Source: Heptranchias perlo (Eukaryota). Taken from it: DNA of 64,000 nt. The first letter of the stretch is position 1; each line of letters opens with the position of its first letter. Below the pieces are notes generated by a model, which was given only the letters and a program-made list of their open reading frames with translations, searched no databases and had not been told where the DNA came from. Made by a program: the position numbers and the translations under genes. This document shows, in pieces, positions 25,140-37,077 of the stretch. The stretch covers positions 186,001-250,000 of the forward strand of contig NW_027138451.1 in the NCBI RefSeq assembly GCF_035084215.1, read 5' to 3'.

Positions 25140-25380
25140 ACTATTTTTATTCAACTGAGGATTCCCCTCCACTGCAGTTGAAAGGTACCTCGACCGTGTC
25201 TGCCCCATTTCCTGCATTCTGCCCTCACCTCTTCCCCTCCCTCCCAGAAGCACGATAGGGTCCCCCTTGTCCTCACCTTTCACCTCACCAGCCACCACAT
25301 TCAAGGTATCATCGTCCGCCATTTCCACAATCCCCAGCGTGATGTCACCACCAAATTCATCTTCCCCTCCACTCCCCCTG
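25140..25380 (+). mobile_element. Penelope-like element remnant (RT to GIY-YIG linker), followed by a family B tail at ~25380-25432
   Basis: Translation RVPLVLTFHLTSHHIQGIIVRHFHNPQRDVTTKFIFPS matches the PLVLTYHP linker motif of Penelope-like ORFs. Confidence 0.7.
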
Positions 25381-25527
25381 CAATAAATGCTGGCCGTGCC
25401 AGCGACGCCCACGTCCAATGAATGAATTAAAAAGGAGGTTCCTGAAACACAAGGGATTGTGGTTATTTTAGCGGCCATTCGAGACGGATTCTCGGTAAGT
25501 CTTTGTATAACTTCGCATTTCCGAATG

Positions 25528-25773
25528 AACGTCAGTACAGATAATATTAGTGGGACAGGACGCTGGCGAAGGGCTATTGAATGACACCATGAGGAGTTTG
25601 GGTAAACGTCAGTACAGATAATATTAGTGGGACAGGACGCTGGCAAAGGGCTATTGAATGACACCATGAGGAGTTTGGGTAAACGTCAGTACAGATAATA
25701 TTAGTGAGACAGGACGCTGGCAAAGGGCTATTGAATGACACCATGAGGAGTTTGGGTAAACGTCAGTACAGAT
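25528..25773. repeat. 77-bp tandem repeat, ~3.2 near-identical copies
   Basis: aacgtcagtacagata recurs at 25528, 25605, 25682, 25759. Confidence 0.95.
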
Positions 25774-25809
25774 ACAGTCAGTGTCGATTGGGTAATCCAG
25801 CCTGAGACG

Positions 25810-27320
25810 GGCTTTGTAATGGTCAGAGAGGTTGGGTGGGCTTTGTAATGGAGAGAGACATCAGGAGGGCTCTGTAATGGACAGGGAGTATCAAATAGGA
25901 TCTGTTGTGGGTCGGGGGGTGGATAGTTGTGTCTGGTGCGCTGTAATGTGCAGAGAGGATGTGCTGTCGTCTGCAATGGGGGAGGGGGAGGATTACATGG
26001 GCTCTGTAATGGACAGGGAGGATCAGATTGCCTCTGTAATGGGCGGGAGGATCAGATGGGCTCGGTAATGGACAGCAAGGATCAGGTAGGCTCACTAAAT
26101 GACAAGGGGGATTTGGCCGGCACTGTAATGGGTTGGGAGGATCAGATGGGTTATGTAATAGGCGGGGAGGATCAGATGGTCTCTGTAATGGGCGGGGAGG
26201 GTCTGGTGGGCTCTGTGATGGGCATGGAGGATCGTGTGGGCTCTGTAATGGGCGGGGAGGATCAGGTGGGCTCTCTGATGGGCGGGGGGATCAGGTGGGT
26301 TCTGTAACAGGCAGGGAGGATCAGATGGGCTCTGTAATAGGCGGGGAGGATCAGGTGGGCTCTGTAATAGGCGGGGAGGATCAGGTGGGCTCTGTAATAG
26401 GCAGGGAGGATCAGGTGGGCTCTGTGATGGGCGGGGAGGATCAGGTGGGCTCTGTGATGGGCGCGGAGGATCAGGTGGGCTCTGTAATAGGCGGGGAGAA
26501 TCAGGTGAGCTCTGTGATGGGCGGGGAGAATCAGGTGGTCTCTGTGATGGGCGGGGAGGATCAGGTGGGCTCTGTGATGGGCGGGGAGGATCAGTTGGGC
26601 TTTGTAATAGGCGGGGAGGATCAGGTGGGCTCTGTGATGGGCGGGGAGGGTCTGGTGGGCTCTGTGATGGGCGGGGAGGATCAGGTGGTCTCTGTGATGG
26701 GCGGGGAGGGTCTGGTGGGCTCTGTGATGGGCGGGGAGAATCAGGTGGGCTCTGTGATCGGCGGGGTGGATCAGGTGGTCTCTGTGATTGGCGGGGAGAA
26801 TCAGTTGGGCTCTCTGATGGGCGGGGGCATCAGGTGGGTTCTGTAATAGGCAGGGAGGATCAGGTGGGCTCCGTGATGTGCGGGGTGGATCAGGTGGGCC
26901 CTGTGATGGGCAGGGAGGATCAGGTGGGCTCTGTAATGTCGAGGGAGGATCGGTTTGCTCTGTTGTGAGTGGGATTATTGCCGAGCTTTTTGTGAGGTGG
27001 GAGGAAGGGCGGGCTCTGTGTGTGTGGGGAGCATTTGTGGGCTCATTTCTGAGGGGGAATATAGCCGAGCTCTGTTATGGGGGGAAGGGCAGCCTCTGTA
27101 GTGGGGACAGGGTGTGGGCTCTGTTGTGGAGGAGGGGATATTGATGGGCGGGTTCTGTTGTCGGGGGGGGGGAGTGGGCTATGTTGTGGTGGGGGTGTTG
27201 TTGATAGGCGGACTCTGTTGTGGTGGGAGGTGGTATTGCTGGGCGGGCTCTGTTGTGGGGGGGTCGTTGATGGGCTCTGTTGTGGGCGGGGGCGGTTGAT
27301 GGGCGTGCTCTGTTACCGAC
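25810..27320. repeat. 30-bp G-rich minisatellite (core ~25990-26940, degenerate flanks)
   Basis: Unit gggcggggaggatcaggtgggctctgtgat; produces the GGEDQVGSVM repeat ORF. Confidence 0.95.
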
Positions 27321-27589
27321 CGGCCTGTGATGTGTGGTAACATGGTTCGTGTCAGCAGTCGGCGCCTTCTGTATTCGGTGAAATGGCTTCAAACTTCTTC
27401 ATTTTGGGATATGGGAAGCGAATGGGATGGGGTTTGATGGATGCAGGTTTATGGGGAGAGAGCTAGAATTTTTAGATCTCAGTGCCTCCAAAAACTCTGA
27501 TTTTTCTTAAAGATCCGTTTAACTCCCTTGTTTCATTTGGAAACATTTCAGAATTTTGCAGTGACAGAAGACAGATTTGTTTAAAGGTT

Positions 27590-27760
27590 TTCACAAGTCT
27601 CATGTACAGACCAGGAATGACCCGGGTTTAATCCATATTCTGTGCTGAGTTATTTGATACCAGTTGGAACAATACAACTAGACTGATTGCCGCTGGGGTA
27701 TGTCAGATGTAAAATCCACCAGGGCTCCTGCTCTCGATGGCGATCCAGTGACCCCGGTAC
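27590..27760 (+). mobile_element. tRNA-derived SINE remnant
   Basis: gtacagaccagg...ctgtgctgagtta...aaaatccaccagggctcctgctc...atccagtgacccc resembles a common shark SINE. Confidence 0.45.
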
Positions 27761-27937
27761 CGGGTGAGAACACCATCAGTGAACTCCACAAACTCAAACT
27801 CAAAGCTCAGACACCTGGGCAGCAAACTGGTGGCAACCAGTGACTGTGGAACTGAACCATAGTCTGAGTTTGCACTTTAAGGGGAGGACGAAAAAATATT
27901 TGGAGAGTTGGAAAGAAAAAATAAGTGACCAAGTGAT

Positions 27938-28275
27938 GAACTCGCCAAGGCTTCTTCGACATCACCTCCAAAACCCGCGACCTCTACCAGCTAGAAGGAC
28001 AAGAGCAGCAGGCAGATGGGGACAACACCACCTGCACGTTCCCCTCCAAGTCACACACCATCCTGACTTGGAAATATATAACCGTTCCTTCATTGTCGCT
28101 GGGTCAAAATCCTGGAACTCCCTTCCTAGCAGCACTGTGGGAGAACCGTCACCACACGGACTGCAGCGGTTCAAGAAGGCGGCTCACCACCACCTTCTCA
28201 AGGGCAATTAGGGATGGGCAATAAATGCTGGCCACGCCAGCGACGCCCACATCCCGTGAACGAGTAAAAAAAAAT
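27938..28275 (+). mobile_element. Family B LINE 3' fragment with A tail
   Basis: SWNSLPSSTVGEPSPHGLQRFKKAAHHHLLKGN; cccacatcccgtgaacgagtaaaaaaaa. Confidence 0.9.
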
Positions 28276-28434
28276 TCAAACAATGAGCACAGAGAGGGGG
28301 AGGAGTGTGTGAGACGGGGATTTACAGCTTTGGGGGAAAAGGAGAGGAAAGAATGTTCCATAGATACTAGAATTTTCTGTTCTGAATTTTGATCCTCTAT
28401 TTACAGTGATGACGTTTGTAAACTCCATTTGCAG

Positions 28435-29050
28435 GGTATTGGAAGGGGAGGATTTGAAGACGGGAAACTCAAACGAAACATCACCTCAAGCTCTGACAGA
28501 GTCTCTCCATTCATCAGGACCTGAATATTAGCGGCCTTTGAATGTGGAAGGTGAATTGTTTGTCTGGTCTGTCTGTGGGAAGAGATTTCAAACATCAGTG
28601 TGACTGGAAAAGCACCGAGACACACACACCCGAGTGAGAGTGTTCCAGTGCATTGACTGGGGGAAGAGATTGAACCAGTCACAGAGCCTGAAAAAACATC
28701 GCACCATTCACAGCGGGGTGAAACCGTGCACGTGTTCTGTGCGTGGGCGAGACTTCAGCTGATCGTCCAACCTGGAGAGACACATGGACACCCGCACCAT
28801 GGAGAAACCGTGGAACTGTGGGCCTGTGGGAAGGGATTCAATGACCAGTCCCAGCTGGAAACTCATCGACGCAGTCACACTGGGGGAGATCGTTCACATG
28901 TTCCATGTGTTGAAAAGGATTCACTCTGTCATCCCATCTGCTTACTCACCAGCGAGTTCAAACTGAGGATAGACTGTTCGTCTGCTCCATGTGTGGGAAG
29001 GAATCACTAATTCATCCAAACTACTGAAGCACCAGCGAGTTCACTTATGA
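28435..29050 (+). pseudogene. C2H2 zinc-finger pseudogene, copy 1 (~6 degenerate fingers)
   Basis: CGKRFQTSV*LEKH; KKHRTIHSGVKPC; MEKPWNCG/CGKGFNDQSQLETHRRSHTG; HQRVHL*. Multiple stops and frameshifts; acceptor ccatttgcag at 28434. Confidence 0.88.
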
Positions 29051-29678
29051 CTGCAGGGGTTGGATTCTGCTGTTATTGCTGAAATCACCTCCAGGGCTGA
29101 ACCATGTTAATTCTGATAGATGAAGCTTGTTTCTGGTTATGTTACTAACACATGTAACTGGGCTGGGGTTTAATATTCTGGATAAATGTAAAGTAAATCA
29201 GCATTGTTTTAAAAACGTTGTTGTAGATTTTGGTATTTCCCACCTGAGTGTTCAGCATCACCGAACTGGAGCTCAGAAAGGACGATCCGGGGGCAGGATT
29301 TTACGGTGGGAACATAACTTTACCCTGGACACAGTCCTTTAGGGCCAAACTGAGAGGGGCAAACGGGATTTTCGTCTTTCTTGTCTCTCTTTACTGACAG
29401 CAAAGTCGCCTTGGGGGTCAATCTTGATGCGTCTAAGAAATGTGTCCGAGCTGCTCTCTTCCGTGGTTCAGAGCTCATGGACAGGGAAAAGAAGACTCCT
29501 TTACACCTGTGTTCAAAGCCGGGAAGAACAACGGTGAATGCTGCGAACGTGTTCTCAAATCAGAGATTGGAGCAAAACCGTGATCTGTTTCACTGAAACG
29601 GCAGGATTAAGATTCGAGTTTAAAGATGACTGGTAATTGTTCTTTAATTGGAACAATTATTTCCGCTTTAAATAGAAT

Positions 29679-29824
29679 CACTGCACCGTGCAGTGTCCAC
29701 CAGCGGACGGCGACATTTCCACCTTACTGGAACCACTGCACCGTGCAGTGTCCACCAGGGGAGGGCGTCATTTCCACCTTACTGGAACCACTGCACCGTG
29801 CAGTGTCCACCAGCGGAGGGCGAC
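29679..29824. repeat. 55-bp tandem repeat, ~2.6 copies, each with the palindrome cactgcac-c-gtgcagtg and a CTCF-like motif
   Basis: Units start at 29679, 29734, 29789. Confidence 0.9.
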
Positions 29825-30079
29825 AATTGTCTCCAATTGTAATCCTCGCAGCAGTGAGTCACTTCGACCTTTCAAGTTAAAAGAACCAATTAAAGAGCAA
29901 CCTGTGGAATTATTGTCACTGGGCTATATGCTATCAGTTTTTTTTTGTACTATCATTTCTTGTTTCTTGTAAAAGATTGACTACAACCTGTAGTTTTTGG
30001 TCATTTTACCAACTGTGCTTGGATGAAGTTTACACTTTAGCGAATATCGTCAACACAGTTTAATAAAGCCCTGATTTAT

Positions 30080-30480
30080 CAAGCGTATCAGAGAACACAG
30101 AGTGCATTCTCGGAGGATTGGACAGAATATGGGAAGAATTGAGTTATGACGATGGGTCATGAGGGATACAAGGAAGTAGTGGAGATGGCTTATCTGTGAT
30201 CGAGACTATGGGAATAGAGATGCCACATAAGATGACAAGGTCAAGCATGTTGCCGTGAATATGGATTTTATATGGAGCGAGAGGTTCATGGAGGACAGGA
30301 GGCCAGTGATTTGCGAGGAGAGAGGGCAAGTTCATTGATTTCAATTTCCAACCGAACTTATAGCCTGGTCGGAAATTTAAGAAAAGGAAGGAGACAGTCT
30401 GAGAGAGTCCAAGGTGGATGTCTGAGTCCTGTGGTGGGAAGAAATTGAGTTGCAGACCAGGTGGAGACAGCTTGAAGCAT
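30080..30480 (-). mobile_element. L2-type LINE endonuclease remnant
   Basis: HIHGNMLDLVI resembles the THxxGxxLDLV motif of L2 endonucleases. Confidence 0.55.
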
Positions 30481-30799
30481 CGACATTCAATGTCCGCCTT
30501 CGGGACAGTATGGGATAGGAAGTGATCCCAGGAGGTGTTCGACGTGCAGAGTATCAGTGGGCGTACAGCTGGAGGTGAGCGGGAAAGGTAACAGTGTCCG
30601 GGACTCCATTTACTGTTTACTGTTAAATAAAAACAGAAAACTCTGCAAACAATCAGCAGAAATGTTTAATATTTAATAATTAATATTTTGAAAAATAATC
30701 ATTTATTTAAAGGTAAATGAATAAACATCCCCGGCCCGTCTCCTTTAGTCTTTAAGACAAAGAGACACTGGGTTTGGATCCATCGCACTGGTCAGCAGA

Positions 30800-30960
30800 A
30801 TCCCGCCCCCTCCATACTGTGAGTGGACGATGAACAGACGATCGGACTGCAGTCCATCTCCGCGCTTACTATTGGTAATGAACTAATGTCAATCATCTAC
30901 ACCCGCAAAGTTTGATTGGAGCGTGGGGAGGGGGCGTCGGTGGGTGGAACTGAGGCCCCA
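30800..30960. promoter_or_regulatory. Putative promoter-like segment (GC box, two ATTGG/CCAAT boxes)
   Basis: cccgccccc ~30802, attgg ~30871 and ~30915, ggggagggggcg ~30925; CpG-containing. Motif-only evidence. Confidence 0.3.
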
Positions 30961-31035
30961 GAACAGAACTCCGGCCAAGCAACAGAATCGGTAACAATCG
31001 AACTTTCAATTTGCCAATTGAAATAAAGGGCTCAG

Positions 31036-31828
31036 GCGGCGGGTCACTCCGGGTCTCAGGTTTCTGATAGGGGACAGAGCGGCGGGTCGCTCTGGGTCTC
31101 AGGTTTCTGATAGGGGACAGGGCGGCGGGTCGCTCTGGGTCTCAGGATTCTGAAAGGGGAAAGGTCGGCGGGTCACTCTGTGTCTCAGGTTTCTGAAAGG
31201 GGACAGGGCGGCGGGTCACTCCGGGTCTCAGGTTTCTGAAAGGGGACAGGGCGGCGGGTCACTCTGGGTGTCAGGTTTCTGATAGGAGACAGGGCGGCGG
31301 GTCGCTCCGGGTCTATGGTTTCTGATAGGGGACAGGGCGGCGGGTCACTCCGGGTCTCAGGTTTCTGAAAGGGGACAGGGCGGCGGGTCACTCCGGGTCT
31401 CAGGTTTCTGATATGGGACAGGGCGGCGGGTCACTCTGGGTGTCAGGTTTTTGAAAGGGGACAGAGCGGCGGGTCGCTCTGGGTATCAGGTTTCTGAAAG
31501 GGGACAGAGCGGCGGGTCACTCCGGGTCTCAGGTTTCTGAAAGGGGACAGGGCGGCGGGTCACTCTGGGTGTCAGGTTTCTGATATGGGACAGGGCGGCG
31601 GGTCACTCTGGGTGTCAGATTTCTGAAAGGGGACAGAGCGGCGGGTCGCTCTGGGTATCAGGTTTCTGAAAGGGGACAGAGCGGCGGGTCACTCCGGGTC
31701 TCAGGTTTCTGAAAGGGGACAGGGCGGCGGGTCGCTCTGGGTGTCAGGTTTCTGAAAGAGGACAGAGCGGCGGGTCACTCCGGGTCTCAGGTTTCTGAAA
31801 GAGGACAGAGCGGCGGGTCGGCTCCGGG
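31036..31828. repeat. 43-bp GC-rich minisatellite, ~18 copies
   Basis: Unit ggcggcgggtcactccgggtctcaggtttctgaaaggggacag. Confidence 0.95.
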
Positions 31829-32089
31829 ACTCCATTGACTGTTTACTGTTAAATAAAAACAGAAAACTCTGCAAACAAATAGCAGAAATGTTTAGAGTCG
31901 CCTCTTCACTCGGCGCTGAAAACCCGCTTCTCGCCACAGTACATTTCAATCAGGAATTCGGGATCTCAATGGCGGGTGCTCGTACCCAGAATACCCGGGA
32001 GCTGGAAAACGGCCTATTCATACCAGTGGAACCCAGCTCTCAGGCTCAGTATCAGTTTGTTGCCAGGTGCAATGTTGTAAGGGGGTGCA

Positions 32090-32990
32090 GACAGAGATCG
32101 AGGACCGGGGATCGATACAAACCACGATGGGGTGGGGCGGGGGTGGGGGGGAGATAGAGTGCGAGGGCCGGGGATCGATACAAACCAAGGGGGTGGAGAT
32201 TGAGAGCTAGGGCCGGGGATTGATACAAACCACGGTGGTGGAGACAGAGAGCGAGGGTAGGGGATCATTGCACACCCCGGGGGGGTGGAGATAGAGAGCG
32301 AGGGCCGGGGATCATTGCACACCCCGGGGGGGGGGGGGGGTGGAGATAGAGAGCGAGGGTCAGGGATCAATGCAAACCCCGAGAGGTGGAGAGAGTGAGC
32401 GAGGGTCCGGTATCAATGCAAACCCCGAGAGGTGGAGATAATGAGCGAGGGTCGGGGATCAATGCAAACCCCGAGAGGTGGAGATAGTGAGCGAGGGTCG
32501 GGGATCAATGCAAACCCCGAGAGGTGGAGATAGAGAGCGAGGGTCGGGGATCAATGCAAACCCCGAGGGGTGGAGATAGAGAGCGAGGGTCAGGGATCAA
32601 TGCAAACCCCGAGGGGTGGAGATAGAGAGCGAGGGTCAGGGATCAATGCAAACCCCGAGAGGTGGAGATAATGAGCGAGGGTCGGGGATCAATGCAAACC
32701 CCGAGAGGTGGAGATAATGAGCGAGGGTCGGGGATCAATGCAAACCCCGAGAGGTGGAGATAGAGAGGGAGGGTCGGGGATCAATGCAAACCCCGAGGGG
32801 TGGAGATAGAGAGCGAGGATCGGGGATGAATGCAAACCCAGAGGGCTGGAGATAGAGAGCGAGGGTCGGGGATCAATGCAAACCCCGAGGGGTGGAGATA
32901 GAGAGCGAGGGTCGGGGATCAATGCAAACACCGAGGGGTGGAGATAGTGAGCGAGGGTCGGGGATCAGTGCAAACCCCGAGGGGTGGAGA
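32090..32990. repeat. 46-bp minisatellite, ~14 homogeneous plus ~5 degenerate copies
   Basis: Unit gagcgagggtcggggatcaatgcaaaccccgagaggtggagataga. Confidence 0.95.
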
Positions 32991-33184
32991 CACACTCTTC
33001 GGAATCACAACTGTGGGTCTGAGGACCCAGAGCGCTCGGAACCCGTGCGTGTCCAGAGGGCGGCATCTGCGATGATCTCTCCCCAGTGATGGCATCCGGC
33101 TTACCAGATAACCAGCCGCCATATTGGAAGAGGATGTTGGGAAGGGTTCAGCGACCAGCACGGCGCATGTGCGGCCCACTTGCT

Positions 33185-36170
33185 ACAGGAACAAAGAGTG
33201 GGCGCGGATTCAGGGTCTCAGTGACCAGGAGTAAAGTTTGGGCGAGGCTTCCGGATTTCAGTGATCAGAAGCAAAGCGTGGTCGGGGCTTAAGAGTCCTA
33301 GAAAACAGGAACGAAGAGTTGGGAGGCTTCAGTGTCCCACTAACCAGGAACAAAGCCTGGTCGTGGCTTCAGGATCCCAGTGGCCAGGAGCAAAGAGTGG
33401 GTGAGGCTTTAGGGTCCCAGTGACCAGGAACAAATTATGGGCTGGGGTTCCGGGTCCCAGTGAGAAGCAATAAAGCCTGGTCGGGGCTTCATGGTTCCAG
33501 TGACCGGGAAGGTGAAGTGAGAGTGACTGCCCTTGACATTAAGGCAGCATTTGACTGAATGTGGCACAAAGGAACCCGAGTAAAATTGAAATCAATAGGA
33601 ATCGGGGGAGAACTCTCCAGTGATTGGAGTCATACCTAGCACAAATGGAGATAGTGGTGGTTGTTGGAGCCCAATCATCTCAGCCCCAGGACATGGCTGC
33701 AGGAGTTCCTGAAAGCAGTATCCTAGGCCCAACCATCTTTAGCATTTTTTTATTCGTTCATGAGATGTGGGCGTCACTGGCAAGGCCAGCATTTATTGCC
33801 CATCCCCAATTGCCTTGAGAAGGGGGTGGTGATCCGCCTTCGTCAACTGCTGCAGTCCATGTGCTGAAGGTTCTCCCACAGTTGCTTCATCAATGACCTT
33901 CCCTGCATCATACGGTCAGAAATGTGGATGGTCGCTGATGATTGCACAATGTTCAGTTCCTTTTGCAGCCCCTGACATAATGAAGCAGACCGTGTCCGCA
34001 TGCAGCAAGAACTGGACAACATCCAGGCTTGGGCTCATAAGTGGCAAGAAACATTCGCGCTAGACAAGTGCCAGGCAATGACCATCTCCAACAAGAGAGA
34101 GTCTAACCACCTCCCCTTGACATTCAACAGCATTACCATCACCGAATCCCCTACCATCAGCATACTAGGGTTATCATTCAACAGAAACTTAACTGGACCA
34201 GCCATATAAATACTGTGGCTACAAGAGCAGGTCAGAGGCTGGGTATTCTGCGGCAAGTGACTCACCTCCTGACTCCCCAAAGCCTTTCCACCATCTACAA
34301 GGCACATGTCAGGAGTGTGATGGAATACTCTCCACTTGCCTGGATGAGTGCAGCTCCAACAACACTCAAGAAGCTCAACACCATCCAGGACAAAGCAGCC
34401 CGCTTGATTGGCACCCATCCACCACCCGAAATATTCACTCCCTTCACCATCAGCGCAACGTGGCTGCAGTGTGTCCCAAACACAGGATGCACTGCAGCAA
34501 CTCGACAAGGCTTCTTCGACAGCACCTCCCAAACCCACGACCTCTACCACCTAGAAGGACGAGGGCATAAGGCACATGGGAACAACACCACCTGCACGTT
34601 CCTCTCCAAGTCACACACCCTCCCGACTTGGAAATATCTCGCCGTTCCTTCAACGTCGCGGGGTCAAAATCCTGGAACTCCATTCCTAACAGCACAGTGG
34701 GAGAACCGTCACCACACGGACTGCAGCAGTTCAACAAGGCGGCTCACCACCACCTTCTCAAGGGCAATTAGGGATGGGAAATAAATGCTCGTCTTGCCAG
34801 TGACGCCCACATCCCATGAACGAATAAAAATAAAACTAAGAGTATGCGAGGCTTCAGCGCCCCAGTGACCAGGAACAAATAGTGGGCGGGGATTTCGGCT
34901 GCCAGTGAAACGCAACAAATAGTGGGCGAGGCTTCAGGGCCCCAGCGACCAGGAACAAAGTACGGGCGGTGTTTCAGGGCCCCAGTGACCAGGAACAAAG
35001 AGAAGTATGGCCTTCAGTGTCCCAGTGACCATGAACAAAGTATGGGCGGGGTTTCAGGGTCCCAGTGACCAGGAACACAGAATGGGCGGGGCTTCAGGGT
35101 CCCAGTGAGCAGAAACAAATAGTGTGCGGGGCTTCAGGGTTCCAGTGGCTAGGAACAAATAGTGGGCAGTTTTTCAGCGTCCCAGTGACCAGCAGCAAAT
35201 AGTGGGCAGGGTTTCAGTGTCCCAGTGACCAGGAACACATAGTGGCAGGGTTTCAGGGTTCCAGTGACCAGGAACAAATAGTGGGCAGGGTTTCTGTGTC
35301 GCAGTGAACAGGAACAAATATTAGGCAGGGTTTCAGGGTCCCAGTGACCAGGAGCAAATAGTGGGCAGGGATTCACTGTCCCAGTGACCAGGAACGCATA
35401 TTAGGCAGGGCTTCATGGTCCCAGTGACAGTGAACAAATTGTGGACAGAGTTTCAGTGTCCCAGTGAGCAGGAACAAATAGTAGGCAGGGTTTCAGGGTC
35501 CCAGTGACCTGGCGCAAATAGTGTGCATGGTTTCAGTGTCCCAGTGACGAGGAATAAATAGTGGCAGGGTTTCAGGGTTCCAGTGACTGGGAACAAATAG
35601 TGGGCAGGACTTCAATGTCCCAGTGACCAGGAACAAATAGTGGGAGGGTTTCAGGGTTCCAGTGACCAGGAACAAATAGTGGGCAGGGTTTCACTGTCCC
35701 AGTGACCAGGAACAAATAGTAGGCAGGGTTTCAGGGTCCCAGTGACTAGGAACAAATAGTGGGCAGGGTTTCGGAGTCCCAGTGACCAGGGACAAATCGT
35801 GAGCAGGGTGTCAGAGTCCCAGTGACCAGGAACAAATATTAGGCAGGGTTTCAGGGCCCCAGTGACGAGGAACAAATAGTAGGCAGGGTTTCAGAGTCCC
35901 AGTGACCAGGAACAAATAGTAGGCAGGGTTTCAGTGTCCCAGTGACCAGGAACAAATAGTAGGCAGGGTTTCAGGGTCCCAGTGACTCGGAACAAATAGT
36001 GGGCAGGGTTTCAGAGTCCCAGGAACCAGGAACAAATAGTAGGCAGGGCTTCAGGGTCCCAGTGACCAGGAACAAATAGTAAGCAGGGTTTCCGAGTTCC
36101 AGTGACCTGGAATAAATATTAGGCAGGGCATAAGGGTCCCAGTAACCAGGAACAAAGAGTGGGCGTGACT
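33185..36170. repeat. 40-bp minisatellite in two blocks (~33185-33510 and ~34835-36170), split by a LINE
   Basis: Unit gggcagggtttcagggtcccagtgaccaggaacaaatagt. Confidence 0.95.
33511..34834 (+). mobile_element. 5'-truncated family B LINE inserted in the minisatellite, with a nested antisense family B 3' fragment at 33745-33880
   Basis: GEVRVTALDIKAAFD through YKAHVRSVMEYSPLAW to tail cccacatcccatgaacgaataaaaataaaa. Confidence 0.9.
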
Positions 36171-36460
36171 TCTGCTTCCCATTAACCTGGAGAGAAAATC
36201 AGTCACACATTTATTGTATTCTCACTCTGCACACAGTGGGTGTAGAACTGAACCCAACCAGAGTAGAGCGAGGGACAGAACTGGGAGTGGAGGAGAGGAA
36301 TGTTGGAGATGGTGCGATAGGTTTGGATTTCAGCACAGGGAGGAGGGAGAGTGTGTGGGACGGGGATTTACAGCTTTGGGGGAACAAGAGAGGAAACATG
36401 TTCCATAGAAACTAGAATTCTGTGTTCTGAATTCCTATCCTGTATTTACAGTGATGACAG

Positions 36461-37077
36461 GGTATTAGAAGGGGAGGATTTGCAGACGGGAAAATTAAAC
36501 CAAACATCACATCAAGCTCTGACAGAGTCACCCGATTCATCAGGACCTGAATATCACCGGCCTTTGAATGTGGAAGAACAAATGTTTCTCTGTTCTGTCT
36601 GTGTGAAAATGTTTCAAACATCAGTGTGACTAGAAAAGCACGGAGACAAAAACCCGAGTGAGAGTGTTCCAGTGCACTGACTGTGGGAAGAGCTTCAACC
36701 AGTTACAGAGCCTGAAAAAACATCACACCATTCACAGCGGGGAGAAGCCGTACACGTGTTCTGTGTGTGGACGAGGCTTCAACCGATTGTCCGACCTGTA
36801 GAGTTACAGGTACAGCCGGACCACGGAGAAGCCGTGGAAATGTGGGGTCTGCGGGAATGGATTCAATTAACCATTTGAGCTGGAAACTCATCATCAACGC
36901 AGTCACACTGGGGGGAGGCTGTTTACCTGCTCCGTGTATGAGAAGAGATTCACTCAGTCATCCCACCTAGTGAAACACAAGAGAGCTAAAACTGGAGAGA
37001 GGCCGTTCACCTGCTCCGTGTGTGGGAAGAAATTCACTCATTCATCACACGTCTCTGCACAGCCAGTTGACATGTGA
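36461..37077 (+). pseudogene. C2H2 zinc-finger pseudogene, copy 2 (paralog of copy 1)
   Basis: CVKMFQTSV*LEKH; [38 protein letters not shown]; [15 protein letters not shown]. Frameshifts and stops; flanks homologous to ~28285-29230. Confidence 0.88.

Noticed and set aside
26133-26846. 237-aa repeat protein (GGEDQVGSVM)n
   Set aside because: By-product of a 30-bp minisatellite whose unit is a multiple of 3; the reading frame shifts within the array and no gene structure is evident.
32341-32990. ATGCAAAC in each 46-bp unit as an octamer enhancer array
   Set aside because: One mismatch to ATGCAAAT, multiplied only by tandem amplification; no independent support.
31036-36170. Regular 40-46 bp arrays as CRISPR arrays
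   Set aside because: They are head-to-tail tandem units with no unique spacers, there are no cas genes, and the context is vertebrate.
25810-36170. G-rich arrays as Ig class-switch regions
   Set aside because: They lie ~30 kb upstream of V rather than before C exons, are not rich in AGCT motifs, and are associated with ZNF cassettes.
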